DNA of 64,000 nucleotides from contig NC_043011.1 in NCBI RefSeq assembly GCF_006345805.1, positions 35,538,464 through 35,602,463 of the forward strand, given 5' to 3'. The DNA comes from Octopus sinensis. Taxonomy: Eukaryota. Shown piece after piece: positions 1 to 13,090 of this stretch. Both the position numbers and the translations under genes were made by a program. The notes under the pieces were generated by a model. The model saw only the letters and a program-made list of their open reading frames with translations, had not been told where the DNA came from and did not search any database. How positions within the stretch are numbered: position 1 is the first letter of the stretch; every line of letters starts with the position of its first letter.

Positions 1-249
1 TTCACACAAACACATACACATGAAGTCACACACACACACACATCATTCTGTTTTTTTTTTTTCCTGCCAATATCAATGTCAGCTCAAATTTACACTCAAT
101 ATTAATTCAATCAATAAAATAGTTAACTTTGAAATGCCTTGCCAAACTCTTGAATTCAGAGAATAGCAAGATGCTTGTATAGGTTAAAAAAATGACTTAC
201 TAGAAGTGCTTAAAAGAATTCCATTGCATTATAGTTCTCTCAAGAAGAG

Positions 250-284
<35 letters not shown>

Positions 285-511
285 ATATATATATATTATA
301 TATATATATATATATGTATGTATATGTATGTATGTATGTATATATATATATATAGAGATAGATAGATGTATGTATATATATATGCATACATATATATATA
401 TACACACACATATATATGTATGTATATATATACATACATACACACACATACATATATATAATATATATAATATATATATATGTATATATATTATATATAT
501 ATATATATATA

Positions 512-544
<33 letters not shown>

Positions 545-554
545 GAATGTATAC

Positions 555-611
<57 letters not shown>

Positions 612-650
612 AATATATATATATGTATATATATATATACACACACAGAC
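250..650. repeat. (TA)n/(TATG)n compound microsatellite, representative of dozens of TA/CA/TATC tracts in the window
   Basis: Direct sequence. The Y/I/C/V/H/T-rich ORFs in the track are translations of such tracts. Confidence 0.95.
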
Positions 651-1173
651 GTACAACAATGAATTTCTAAAACATTTTGGATATAAAGTTTTTTACATCT
701 TCATTTTTTAACATGATTTTTTTTTTTTATCACAATTTTCTTTACAAATTTGCCAGTAGAAGCTGAATAAAAAGTTAGACATACACATAAAACTATATAT
801 ATAAAGACACTAAGGGCACATATATATTTTCACACACTCATATATATATATATATGGTCTTATAGTATCACACATCAGTAGTGGTCACAAGGTAGCTTGA
901 TTTAAAAGAAAGAAGTCTGGCAATATCTCACAGTGCTATGTTATTCATTGAAATACATTTCTGAGTTACAGTTGACATTAACCTTAGTATTGTTCACTTT
1001 CTTTATATTAACTTAGTTTTAAATATGGAAAAATTCTATCTTACCTTAAAACTATTAAAAGATAATCTTATTAAAGATTGAAATTGTGCACACACCTTAC
1101 TATTCTAACAAACTTAAAAATACACAAGATCATCAAAAATTTTTAGATTTTTACATAAATAAATATATGTATC

Positions 1174-1215
<42 letters not shown>

Positions 1216-1739
1216 CACACACATATAGATGCATATAAACATACGTATTTATTCATGTACACATCTATGCATATGTGCTTTTGCTCACAATATTGTTTTG
1301 TATGATTTATTCTTATCTCCAGCACTGTAAGCATTAACTATGCTTATATTATAATCCCATAAGATTCTATGTAATCTAATTATTATTCATTATGATATTT
1401 AAGCATTCTACTTGATGCTTATCATAAAAAAAATAATTTGTGTTTGATTTTTCTTAAATGTCTGAAGATCAGCAATGAGATGCTTAGAAACTTGAACATT
1501 TTCATCTCCCAATAATTCATATCACTCTACATTCTGTATAGCATATCCTATTTTATTCATCTTATACACAGCTATATATATAGACACACACATGGAACTA
1601 ATAAAATCGTACTCTTTCTATTGTGCAAAGCCTGTATTCTTTTTACTCGATCAATGAATGGTCTCGATATCTTTTAAGAATCTTCTATCTGAAGTTGAAG
1701 TCAGAGCGTCATTCCTTTGTTGAAAATTTTGCATGCTGT

Positions 1740-2060
1740 TTTGTGCCGGTGACACGTGAAAAAACATTCAAGCGAGGTCACTGCCAGTGCTGCTGGACTG
1801 GCTCCTGTGCAGATGATACATAAAAAACAGCATCTGATCATGGCCATTGCCAGTACCGACTGACTGGCCCTCGTGCAAGTGGCACGTAAAAGCGCCCACT
1901 ACACTCTTGGAGTGGTTGGCATTAGGAAGGGCATTCAGCTGTAGAAACTCTGCTAGATCAAGACTGGAGCCTGGTGCAGCCATCTAGTTCGCCAGACCTC
2001 AGTCAAATCGTCCAACCCATGCTAGCATGGAAAGCAGACCTTAAACGATGATGATGATGA
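1740..2060 (+). mobile_element. Non-autonomous retroposon 'family D' with (GAT)n tail, diverged copy
   Basis: Shares the core cactacactc..ggagtggttggcattaggaagggcatccagctgtagaaac..acccatgctagcatggaaa..gatgatgat with at least 11 other copies here. Confidence 0.85.
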
Positions 2061-2125
2061 CATACATACATACATACATACATACATACATACATACATC
2101 ATACATACATACATACATATATATT

Positions 2126-2537
2126 AAATCTACCGTTTATGGGGCAGATGTTACTGTGACCCTATATAATAACACAACAGATAAGAAGACCTATACTGGA
2201 TTATGTGAAGGTGAATATACAAATCGCTATGCCAATCACATGGCCTCTTTCTGACATAAAGACAAACGTAAAGCTACCAAGTTGGCTAGCTATGTATGGA
2301 GTTTGGGAAAATAATGAAACACCACATGTGATTAAGTGGAAAGTAATTGAGAATTCTATTCCTTATGTTAATGAATTGAATAAATGTATGTTATGTTTGG
2401 TTGAAAGAACGCAGATCCTGTTCAGATCTAAGATCCCTAACTCTCTGTTAAACTCTAGGTCAGAAACTTCCAGTGATTGCAAGCACATATGTAAATATAT
2501 TTTGAAGAACTGGAAAATTCTACCTATTCCTGACTAA
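2126..2537 (+). mobile_element. Penelope-like element GIY-YIG endonuclease remnant (pseudogenised)
   Basis: Two frames give KTYTGLCEGEYTNRYANHMASF*..KATKLASYVW..IKWKVIE..Y..NKCMLCLVER..LLNSRSE..CKH, matching the PLE GIY-YIG C-terminal pattern. One stop and one frameshift. Confidence 0.8.
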
Positions 2538-2725
2538 CATGTTCATATCTTCCCAGCCTTATAATCTAAGGTCTAAGGAGGATAATTCTTTTATCATTTT
2601 AGTCTTTATGTGTCCATTTTTTTTTTTTTTTGAGTTTCAGTGTTTTCTATATGCTGGTTTCTCAGTTTCTTCACGTTACTTCTATTATTCAACATTTTTA
2701 GTTCGTTATGATATGTGGCTTTTCC

Positions 2726-2763
2726 CTGAAGAATATGTATGAGTATTTCTCAACATATAAAAT
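2726..2763 (+). ncRNA. Degenerate hammerhead-like motif downstream of the PLE fragment
   Basis: CTGAAGA-atatgt(a)tgag-tattt-ctca-acatat-AAAA. Stem II is good, but the G of GAAA is missing and stem I is unclear. Confidence 0.4.
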
Positions 2764-2934
2764 TATTAGTAGCACTTAAAGACGTGTATTGTGTCTATTG
2801 AATAATATTTATCTCTCACCAGATGGAATACTTTTTTGTCGAATTTTCTCTCACATAATGCATACATACATACATACACACACACATACATACATGCATA
2901 CACACATATATTATATATATATATATATATATAT

Positions 2935-3431
2935 GTGACAATTATTTGGTAGCTATGATAAAACTCCTAGTTTCAGATGTCAGGGTGGAAATCCATGCCG
3001 CCATCTCTTCGGTTATCTGCCCATTGGAAAAAATGCTATGAAAATGACCGTTAAACAAAGGGAAATTACTGTGTGATTGACCATTATTAAGACAAAAGAG
3101 CTATTTTAATGACCACTAAGTGAGGGGAGGGAGTAAAAGTAAGGGCGTAAAAATGTACATAGTATTCGTGTAAGCCCGCATGTCCATACCTAGACATGTG
3201 CATCACACCTTGAGCTTCAGGCACTGGGATAAAAGGAAAACAACCAAATTATCCAGTCATGTATGCCTGCATGAGTAGGCATGGACATGTGCACTTATGC
3301 GATAACTATGTACATTTTTACCCCCTTATTTTTACTCCTTCCCTTTACTTAGCGGTCATTCAAATAGCTCTTTTGTCTTAATAACGGTCAATCACACAGT
3401 AATTTCCTCTTGTTTAATGGTCATTTTCATA
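2935..3431 (+). mobile_element. Repeat with ~100-bp leader plus fold-back (arms ~3037-3195 and ~3275-3431)
   Basis: tatgaaaatgaccgttaaacaaagggaaattactgtgtgattgacc.. is reverse-complemented at ..ggtcaatcacacagtaatttcctcttgtttaatggtcattttcata. The leader recurs on the - strand at ~57080-57195. Confidence 0.75.
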
Positions 3432-3457
3432 TATATATATATATATATATATCACAT

Positions 3458-3702
3458 ATGGCTGTGTGGTAAGAAGCTTGCTTTGCAACCACATGGTTCT
3501 GTCTTTGTACTGCCACCACCACTTGACAACCAGTGTTGGTATATTTATGTCCCTATAACTTTTGGCAAAAGAGACCAATAGAATAAGTACTAGGCTTCAA
3601 AAATATTAATTCCTAGGGTCGATTCATTTGACTAAAATCTTTCAAAGTGGTGCTCCAGCATGGCCCCAGAGAAAATGACTGAAACAAGTAAAAGAATAAA
3701 GG
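3458..3702 (+). mobile_element. SINE family A, internally deleted copy
   Basis: Head tggctgtgtggtaagaagcttgc and tail gtgctccagcatggcc..aaatgactgaaacaagtaaaaga are present. Confidence 0.85.
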
Positions 3703-4421
3703 AAATATATATGTATATATATAAATACATAAGTTCACATATACATATCTATCCATCTATGAGTAATTATGTGTGTGCCTGTATGCATAAGTGTGTGTGT
3801 GTGTGTGTGTGAATGTATGTATGAATTGAATGCAGTACTTAAGGTGTTGGCCTTACAATCAGAAAATCTTAGTTTCATTTTTAAACCAGACAGTATGTTG
3901 TCTCCTCATGCAAGGCACATCCTTTCATATTGCTCGCTCCAGTTCCCTCTGCTAAAAGTTTGTACCAACCAATTGTTTGTGCAGCCCTTTTTTTCCTTCC
4001 AGCTGTCACAGTTTTGATGTTCCATTGGATCAGAATGTCAAAGTGCCAAAATGGTGCCTACGCCTACATGTAAATTCATAGGCACTTAGAATAATTGCAG
4101 AAGTACGGTACACAACTATCAGACCATACTTGTTTGCGAGTGATTGGCTAAGAATATAATACATACATACAATGTTCCATAGTTATATTACAGAAGCCAT
4201 CGACTACTAATAGGTTAAAAGCTATACAAAGTGGTTGGGAACTTATTATCAAACACGGTGGACTTATACACTTTTTTTATACCAAGAAAGTCATTAGTCT
4301 GGACACATAAGAAGAAGTGCTTACTTCTGCTCGTGCTATGATCATTTAGGGTGAAAGAGTTTTACCATAATTTTTCTATAAGTATGAAGTATAAATATCA
4401 TATACGATGTGTATATATATG

Positions 4422-4488
<67 letters not shown>

Positions 4489-5310
4489 TATATATATATA
4501 TATATATGTATTATATATGTATATATATATATGTATGTTATGTATGTATGTATACCCACATATATGTATATTTAGCTATCGCATTATATGTATGTATAAT
4601 GTATCTATGTATGTATCTATCTACCTGCATACGTACACACACCAAGCGCATATATCAGATGCATACATAGAGACATTTCTATGCAACAATACACACACAC
4701 ACACACACACACACGTGCACACACACACACACCAACACACACACACACACCAACACATTCACCCATTCATCTGTCAGTTTCGAGGCAGCTAAGCCTGTCA
4801 CTGGAAGTTAATTTTGATAGATGAAATATTTAAGTGTTCAAACATTTTACTAATAAGATTCAGGCCTACTAGTTTTATCAGCTTCATTTATACAATCTCC
4901 TTAAAATATTTAACCCCCTGAAAATAAATGATAAATGAAGAGAAACACAATTGAAGTATGTACGTATGTATGATTGTCTTCTCTTTCTTTTTATTTAATC
5001 TAAAGTAAATTTTTGACCAGACACCGACTTGGTAGTAAGGTTGTGAAGGAAAATATCATGATTTAACCATCATGATTTAACCATTCTTTGAATCTTTAGA
5101 CGGTCTTGTAGATTTTATGGTCCCTGATATCGTGATCGTTCATAGCATATGAATTATGGATTCGCATTCTCTCCCTAAGATTCCAAGTTCAGGCATACTT
5201 GGCTCCAGAAGGGCCGGTATGTATCCTGTTGCTCCAATAATAATAAGGATCAAGCTGAAAGTGTATCTTGGGTCCTAGATTTGCAAACTCCTTATCAATT
5301 GTCCATAGAC

Positions 5311-5730
5311 GTAGGAGTGGCAGTGTGGTAAGTAGCTTGCTTACGAACCACATGGTTCCAGGTTCAGTCCAACTGCATAGCACCTTGAGCAAGTGTCTTC
5401 TACTAGAGCCTCGGGCCAACCAAAGCCTTGTGAGTGGATTTGGTAGATGGAAACTGAAAGGAGCACGTCGTATATATGTATATATATGTATATATATATG
5501 TGTGTGTGTGTATATGTTTATTTGTGTGTCTGTGTTTGTCCCCCCAACATCACTTGACAACCAATGGTGGTGTGTTTATGTCCCCGTAACTTAGCAGTTT
5601 GGCAAAAGAGACCAATAGAATAAGTACTAGGCATCCAAAGAATAAGTCCTGGACTCGATGTGTGCGACTATAAGTGGTGCTCCAGCATGGCCACAGTTAA
5701 ATGACTGAAACAAGTAAAAGAGCAAAGAGT
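5311..5730 (+). mobile_element. SINE family A (tRNA-derived, CORE-like), full length
   Basis: A-box-like tggcagtgtggtaag, B-box-like ggttcagtcc, CORE-like caccttgagcaagtgtcttctactagagcctcggg, internal TA/TG tract, (aaaagag)n tail. Confidence 0.9.
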
Positions 5731-6174
5731 AGAGAGAGACGTTCTCTTTCTCTTGTATTTTTCTATCTACATTTATGTCCAGTGTATGTCTTGTCTGTTT
5801 TTAATCATTTAACTCCTTCCTCTAAAGAAGGAGCTAGTTTCTGACAAAGATACAAATCTCTACCATTAGAATGTAGATAATGCAAACAATTTCACATTTT
5901 AAACCTGAGAAAAGTCTTGCACAGGTAAGTATTTACTTATAAAAAACCAAGCTCTCCAATTATTGTTGGTATAAATGTAAATTTGTAATCTGGATATAGA
6001 AGCTGGAGATTTTGAAGCAGTTGTCTATAGTTATCTTCTTTCTCTTTGTTTTTCAAAGAGATATTCACATCGGGAGGACAGCTCTCCTCTATGACAGTAC
6101 ATACTTTTTCTTGACTGTCTTAAACCACAATATCTGGCCTGTTATGCATACACTTGACAAATGTTGTATGTATG

Positions 6175-6385
6175 AATGAGGTGGCATCAAAAGGTTCCTG
6201 GACTACTTATGTTTAATAAAATATAACTTATTGACCTAAGTTTTAATATCATCTCCTTCAAAATACTCACAGCAATACATTAGTTTTAGTGTTCTTACCA
6301 CTTTTGGAATCTGGCCTGGAAGTCGTTTGCCATAAGCAAGTTAAGGACCTTCTTGGATTTGCCCTGGATCCTGACAATGATACTC
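6175..6385 (-). mobile_element. Mariner 3' end remnant
   Basis: TIR-like gaggtggcatcaaaaggttcctggact. The - strand gives a degenerate transposase C-terminus (..NDFQARFQKW*EH..; CCEYFEGDD). A SINE A tail lies at 6392-6425. Confidence 0.6.
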
Positions 6386-6429
6386 TTACTCTTTTACTCT
6401 TTACTCTTTTACTTGTTTCAGTCATTTGG

Positions 6430-6803
6430 ATGGTAGAACAAGGTGCATCTTTGAGATCAAAATTTCCATTTTTGAACTTGGCATAACAATCACGAGTTGT
6501 TCTTTCAGCTATGGCACCCTCTCCATACACAGCACAAATGTCACAAGCAGCTTTTGTGGCCTTAGGACCTTGATTAAAAGCAAAAAGAAGGAGGTGTCAA
6601 AAATGCTCGTTTTTCTAACTTGACATTCCATTTTAATGGTCTGAAAATAAACAAAATTAACCAAAATTAACGAGAAAAAAATATAGATTCTAAAATGATT
6701 CAAAAATAGAAATCTCAAAAAAAGAAAAATGATTCAAACATTTAAAAATGCAATAAATTCCATAATTTAAAAAACGGTGGGAACTTAGTTGCCAACCAAA
6801 TAT
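6430..6803 (-). mobile_element. Mariner 5' remnant (transposase HTH region and TIR)
   Basis: MYGEGAIAERTTRDCYAKFKNGNFDLKDAPCS is a typical mariner N-terminus. TIR on the - strand: tatttggttggcaactaagttcccaccgtttt. Confidence 0.85.
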
Positions 6804-6940
6804 ATTCAAATTAAAATCCAAGGCTTATATCTAAACTTATTATTTTAGGAATATTACTATTCACAACAAAATAATAGGTAACAATCAATAATTCAATGGA
6901 TATTTTCTATCCCTTAAGGGCTTTTTAGCCTCTATGTAAA

Positions 6941-6961
6941 TCTGTATCTATAAAAGGCAGG

Positions 6962-6992
<31 letters not shown>

Positions 6993-7992
6993 AATGTAAT
7001 TTATGCACGCCCACAAATTAGCATGCATGTTGCTCCAATTTTAGGAGGACATTCGTCACCATCCTACCTGGGTTTTATCAACTTATTTTATTCTCGAGGC
7101 ACCCGAGGATAGCAGTAAAAATCTATTTTCAACCATAGCTTTTACCAATTTTGAAGGTTGCTAATATGAGTGAAGTCCCTTCTAGCCATAGCCAAGCGAA
7201 AGTGTGTGAGGGAGAGAGAGAAGTTGTGTGTTGATGTATGTGTGTGTGAGGGAGAGAGTGTTTTACAACGTCTAACAAAAAAATAAAGAAAAAGTATGTG
7301 TCAGGGAGAGTGGGAGAGAGTTTGACAGCATCTAACAAAAAAGGTAAAGACAAAGTGAGAGAGAGAGGGAGAGTAAGAGACAGCGTTCATAAAAAATAAA
7401 ATGTAAAATGTTTTGTTTTTTCATAAACACGAGATATAGTCTTCAAATTTAGGATGTTTTTGAAAGACACTATATTTTATTATCAGATTATATATACTTT
7501 CTCACACAACAATTAAAATATATGTATTTTAAATCGTTCATCTTTCTCTCCCTCTCTCTCTCACACATACACCACACACATAACTTTGGGCGTGAAAGAG
7601 TTTTGTTTTTATTTTACGCTGAGGAAAAAATGTTTTGTTGAGAATCCATTTATTTAACAACAAAGAAACAAAGTGGTAGGTAACAATTTGTCATTGAATT
7701 ACACAATATAAATAGTTACAGTTTCCGAGGCTCCCACCACACCCCACTCAATTTTTCGGACCACAAACTACCAGAGTAGTTGATTCCATGCAAAAAAAAC
7801 AATTTTTCTTATTAATGAAAATCGTGCGAGTGTTAATCTACAAATTTACCAATATTTTTTCCATTCATTTCTGTTTATGAACATGTATGTATGCAAAAAA
7901 TCATATATGCAATAGGTGTATGTATGTGTGTGTATGTGTGTTCGTGTGTGTGTGTGTGTTGCCCATATATATTTATATTATTTATATTATAT

Positions 7993-8025
<33 letters not shown>

Positions 8026-8190
8026 GTATATGTATATTATATATATACATATATATATGTATATATATATATAAACCAATTTCAATGGTTTTCACCCAAA
8101 TTTGACTTCAATATTACTTAGTTTGGTTTGAAATAAAGAATTCGATTAGCATAATACTTAATCCTGGGCAAAGCCTGGTTATACTGCTAG
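6941..8190 (+). mobile_element. Non-autonomous Helitron, complete
   Basis: A|TCTGTATCTATAAAA 5' end. 3' GC hairpin cctgggcaaagcctgg (8163-8178), then CTAG at 8187-8190 and host T. No TSD, no Rep/Hel ORF. Confidence 0.75.
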
Positions 8191-8202
8191 TCTATAAATA
8201 CA

Positions 8203-8256
<54 letters not shown>

Positions 8257-8457
8257 CATAAAAAGTATGTATGTGTGTCTGTATATATATATATGTATGT
8301 GTATGTGTGTGTGTGCAGGTGTGTGCATGTGTGTGCAGTATATCTAATATATATAGATATTATATATATATATACACACACACATATATATATTTATACA
8401 TATTTATATGTGTGTGTGTGTTTGTGTATATATACGTATGTATATATATATATGGGC

Positions 8458-8499
<42 letters not shown>

Positions 8500-9085
8500 A
8501 TATACACATATATATATATATATATATACATATATATCTATATATATATATTATATATATATATATATACATACACACACACACACACACTTATATACAA
8601 TATATATGCATGTAACACAGTGCAGTTAGCCTCCTTATATATTGAAAGTCACCAATATACAATAAAAAAAACAATACCTTATTTGTTGGTGGTTCATTAA
8701 ACAAATCAGATTTTTTGTTAAATCTTGACTGCTTTGCTAACATTTTGATTTTTTTCCTTAGTTTTCTTTTAAAAAAGTTTATTATATATGCTTACTATAT
8801 TTGTGTTTGAAAGAATGGTTCCTGTACTGTGTTATTTCCGGAAGCCAGTATTCTGTGTCTGTCTGCTTTATCTATTTGTTCGGCTGTTTGTTTGTTTGTA
8901 TGTGTGCTTATTTATTTATCAGTCTGTTTTCCTCTGATTTGTTTTTTTCTTTCACATTAATTTGATATGCAGTATTTTATCTATTTCCTGAATTCCTACC
9001 TGTTATGTATAAACAATTACAGAACTTATTACAATCAGAATGTATTATTATGTGCACATACATACATACATACATATAAATATAC

Positions 9086-9140
<55 letters not shown>

Positions 9141-9148
9141 TGTGTTTA

Positions 9149-9338
9149 TGTGTGTATATATATGTGTGTATGTGTATTTGTATATATATGTATATACATA
9201 TGTATATATATATGTGTGTGTGTGTGTATATATTTATATATATATATATGTATATGTATATATCTGTGTATATATATATATGCATATATGTATATATGTA
9301 TATGTATACATGTGTGTGTATATATATATATATATCTA

Positions 9339-9369
<31 letters not shown>

Positions 9370-9570
9370 GTATATATATTTGTGTGTGTATATATATGTG
9401 TGTATGTGTATTTGTATATATATGTATATACATATGTATATATATATGTGTGTGTGTGTGTATATATTTATATATATATATATGTATATGTATATATCTG
9501 TGTATATATATATATGCATATATGTATATATGTATATGTATACATGTGTGTGTATATATATATATATCTA

Positions 9571-9601
<31 letters not shown>

Positions 9602-9616
9602 GTATATATATTTGTG
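9149..9616. repeat. Tandem duplication (~234 bp x2) of a compound TA/TG microsatellite
   Basis: The same interruption pattern (gtgtatttg, atctgtg, atgcatat, tatctata) recurs 234 bp apart. Confidence 0.85.
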
Positions 9617-9785
9617 TGTGTATATATATATTGATAGATAGACAGATATGAATAGATAGATTGATATGCAGACATCTTCATATGTCTGTGAATGTATAAC
9701 AATCCTTCAATAGGTCAATGTATAATGTGTGTATGTGTCTATGTATGTATGTGTATATGTGTGTGTGAGAGTGTATGCATGTATA

Positions 9786-11036
9786 CAGGGGTTGGACATA
9801 ATAATGGAAACACCTAGCATCACAGCATCATAATTCTGATATATCTATAAAACCGTTAAAAGCTTGTTTATTTTTATGTTTTTTGATTTATTATTAGTGT
9901 TACTTAATACGTTTTGCTAAAATTGCTGTTTCTTTTCAGATATCAGTAGAAAAAGGTAATTAAAATTCATTAAAATGACAGATCTTTTGGACTTTCAAAG
10001 AGGTCAAATTGTTGGTGCTTGTATGGCAGGTGCTAGCATAATGAATACAGCTTAAGTGTTTGGCATATCAAGAAGTACTCTCTTGAAAGTAATGACAGCC
10101 TTTGAGAAAGAGAAAAAAACATCCTCGTCAAAACAAAACTCTGGAAGAAAACCAAAACTTTCAGATAGGGACTGTTGGAGTCTTACGCGAAATATTAGAA
10201 AGGATCACAAAAGTACAGCTCCGATAATTACTGCAGAGCTTAATGACCGCCCGGAGAACACAGTTTCAAGAAAAACTATTCCCCTGGAGCAGCACAAAGC
10301 TGGATTTCACAGGAGGGCTGCAATTAGAAAACCACTACTTTCAAAAACAAACATTGCAGAGCATTTAAAGTGGAGTAAAAATCGACAGAATTGGTCCCTA
10401 GAGCAGTGGAAGTATGTTATTTTCTTGGACAAGTCATCCTTTACCTTATTTCCAACCACCGACTGAGTATACATGTTGAGACAGCCAAAAGAAGCATTTG
10501 ACCCAGACTACCTTTCTTCCAAGGAGGATTTGTGATGATCTGGGGGGATATATCTTGGAAATCCACTGAACCAATGGTTTCCTTTCATGGCAGAATTAAT
10601 AGTCAAAGCTATTTAAGCATTTTATCTGATGAAATTCATCCCATGGTTGTGGAAATGTTTCTGGAAAGAAACACAGTCTTTGAGGATAATAATGTGCCAA
10701 TTCACACAGATAAACTGTTACTGAATGGCATGAGGAACATTCTAGTGAAGTTGAACATCTTATCTGGCCACCACAGTCCCCAGATCTCAATATTATTGAA
10801 CATTTATGGTGCATTTTAGAAAAAAATGTAAGGGGTAGATATCCTCCATCATGACTTACAAGAACTGGAGACTGTTTTAGCTGAAGAATGGACAAAAATT
10901 GGTATTAATTCAAACTTTGTACAAGTCCATACCCCTCATAGAACTCAAGCTGTAATTACTGCCAAAGGTAGTCCTACACCATATTAAAATAAATTTGTTT
11001 GAAATTTTAAGGTGTTTCCATTATTTTGTCCAACCC

Positions 11037-11039
<3 letters not shown>
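9786..11039 (+). mobile_element. Full-length Tc1-like DNA transposon, inactivated
   Basis: 30-bp TIRs caggggttggacataataatggaaacacct (9786-9815; 11010-11039, one mismatch) and TA at both flanks. Transposase from ATG 9975 ([54 protein letters not shown]) has stops and frameshifts. Confidence 0.95.
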
Positions 11040-11083
<44 letters not shown>

Positions 11084-11637
11084 TATATATATATTTATCG
11101 TCTCTGTGTTGTTTCATGTTCTTGTCCATGTCTGTAATTATTTTTACTGTTTACCTATATATACATATATATATATATGCATCTATGTATGTATGCATAG
11201 GGGTATAGGGAGAAAAAAGGATAGATATAAATATTTAGACCTATATGCATAAAGAGATGCACGTGTTTGCTTGTATATGAACATTTAAGTGTGTGTATGC
11301 ACACTGTAAACATTCAGCACTAATAATACAGTACTAATAACAATACATGTGAATATATCAATAGATGTATAAGGACAGCCATCCACACATCCCTCCATCC
11401 CTCCATCCATCCAACCATCCATCCGTCCATCCGAACATCCGTCCATCTTTCTATCTGTCTATCTATCTGTCTGTCTGTCTGTTTGTCTATCTGTCTACAT
11501 ACATATACAGACATATATATGATGATGATGTTGATAGTACATATATATATATATATACATTATAGACTTGGGCTGGTTAAAACCTTGTGAATGATATGGT
11601 AGTCAGAAACTGAAAGAAGCCCATTATATATATATAT

Positions 11638-11866
11638 TTCTTTACTGACCACAAGGGGCTAAACATAGAGGAGGCAAACAAGGACAGACAAAGGGATTAA
11701 GTCGATTACATCGACCCCAGTGCGAAAGTTGTACTTTATTTATCGACCCCGAAAGGATGGAAGGCAAAGTCGACCTCGGTGGAATTTGAACTCAGAACGT
11801 AACGACAGAGGAAACACCACTAAGCATTTCGCCCGGCATGCTAACGTCTCTGCCAGCTCGCGCCTT
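11638..11866 (-). mobile_element. SINE family B with 21-bp TSD, inserted in a SINE A remnant
   Basis: TSD aagcccattatatatatatat at 11617-11637 and 11867-11887. Body gagctggcagagacgttagcatgccgggcgaaatgcttag..ggggtcgataaataaagtac. Confidence 0.9.
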
Positions 11867-11929
11867 AAGCCCATTATATATATATATATATATATATGAT
11901 TATATGTATGTATATATATAATATATATA

Positions 11930-12085
11930 TAGGGAGAGTTTACGAAAAAAACAAAAGACGAAGACAGGTAGTGTACAAAACAAACAGATGTATTAGTATA
12001 ACGCTCAGGAATACAAAAAGTCTTTTACGTTTCAAGCCTACACTCTTCTACAGAAAGGAACACAGAAAAAACCAGGAGAGAAACA
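11930..12085 (-). mobile_element. Short non-coding PLE-derived element carrying a hammerhead-like motif at 12025-12057
   Basis: The - strand reads cttt-CTGTAGA-a-gagt-gtag-gctt-GAAACGTA-aaag. The element is flanked by (TA)n. Confidence 0.55.
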
Positions 12086-12110
12086 ATATATGCATATATA
12101 CATATATGAT

Positions 12111-12158
<48 letters not shown>

Positions 12159-12698
12159 TATATTTTATATGTATGTATATGTATGTATACACACATACAC
12201 ACACACACACATATATATATTATATATATATATATATATATGTCTATATATATTGTATTGTGTCATTTGATTGTTTATGTATTGTAATGACAAAAATATT
12301 TATTATGATGACAACGAAGATATTTGTATTCTTGATTACAATTTTATATAAGACAGCATCATATATGTCAGCATCTATTTTGTAGAAATTGATGAAGTGC
12401 AGAATAAATATTCAACAGTCAAGTAAAAGTTAATAATAATAATAATGATTTAAATACTATGAATATTGTTAATAGCAACAAGAAAACCAACAGTTGCAGT
12501 AATAACAATTACAAGGTTCTAATTTAGACACAAGGTCAGTTATTTTCATGCAGGGTAGTTTGTTGATAGCATTGACCACAGTAGTTGATTGGTATTGTAT
12601 TTTGTTGGCCTGGGAAAACTGCATGGCAAAATCGATGGTGATGTGGTTTGAACTTTGCTGGAATATGAAATACAAAGAATTCATACTTTCAGCTTGCC

Positions 12699-12757
<59 letters not shown>

Positions 12758-12758
<1 letters not shown>

Positions 12759-13090
12759 CATCATCATCATCGTTTAATGTCTGCCTTCTATGCTAGCATG
12801 GGTTGGACGAATGACTGAGGGGTGGCGAACCAGATGGCTGCACCAGGCTTCAATCTTGATCTGGCAGAGTTTCTACAGCTGGATGCTCTTCCTAACGCCA
12901 ACCACTCCGAGAGTGTAGTGGGCGCTTTTACGTGCCACCGGCACGGGCCAGTCAGGTGTTACTGGCAACGACCTCGCTCGAAACTTTTACACATGCCACC
13001 GGCACAGGTGCCAGAAAGCGATGCTGGTAACGATCACGCTCGGATGGTGTCTTTTATGTGCCACCGGCACGGAGGCTAGATAGCCACTCT
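12758..13090 (-). mobile_element. Family D retroposon adjoining (TAA)n
   Basis: (CAT)n followed by the family core on the - strand, with three diverged internal repeats. Confidence 0.85.

Noticed and set aside
4326-4376. - strand exon candidate with a gtaagc donor
   Set aside because: All three frames contain stop codons.
5877-6100. Two-exon model IMQTISHFKPEKSLAQ|gtaagt ... ag|RYSHREDSSPL*
   Set aside because: The donor is good, but the upstream part appears repeat-derived, the peptide is uninformative and there is no corroboration.
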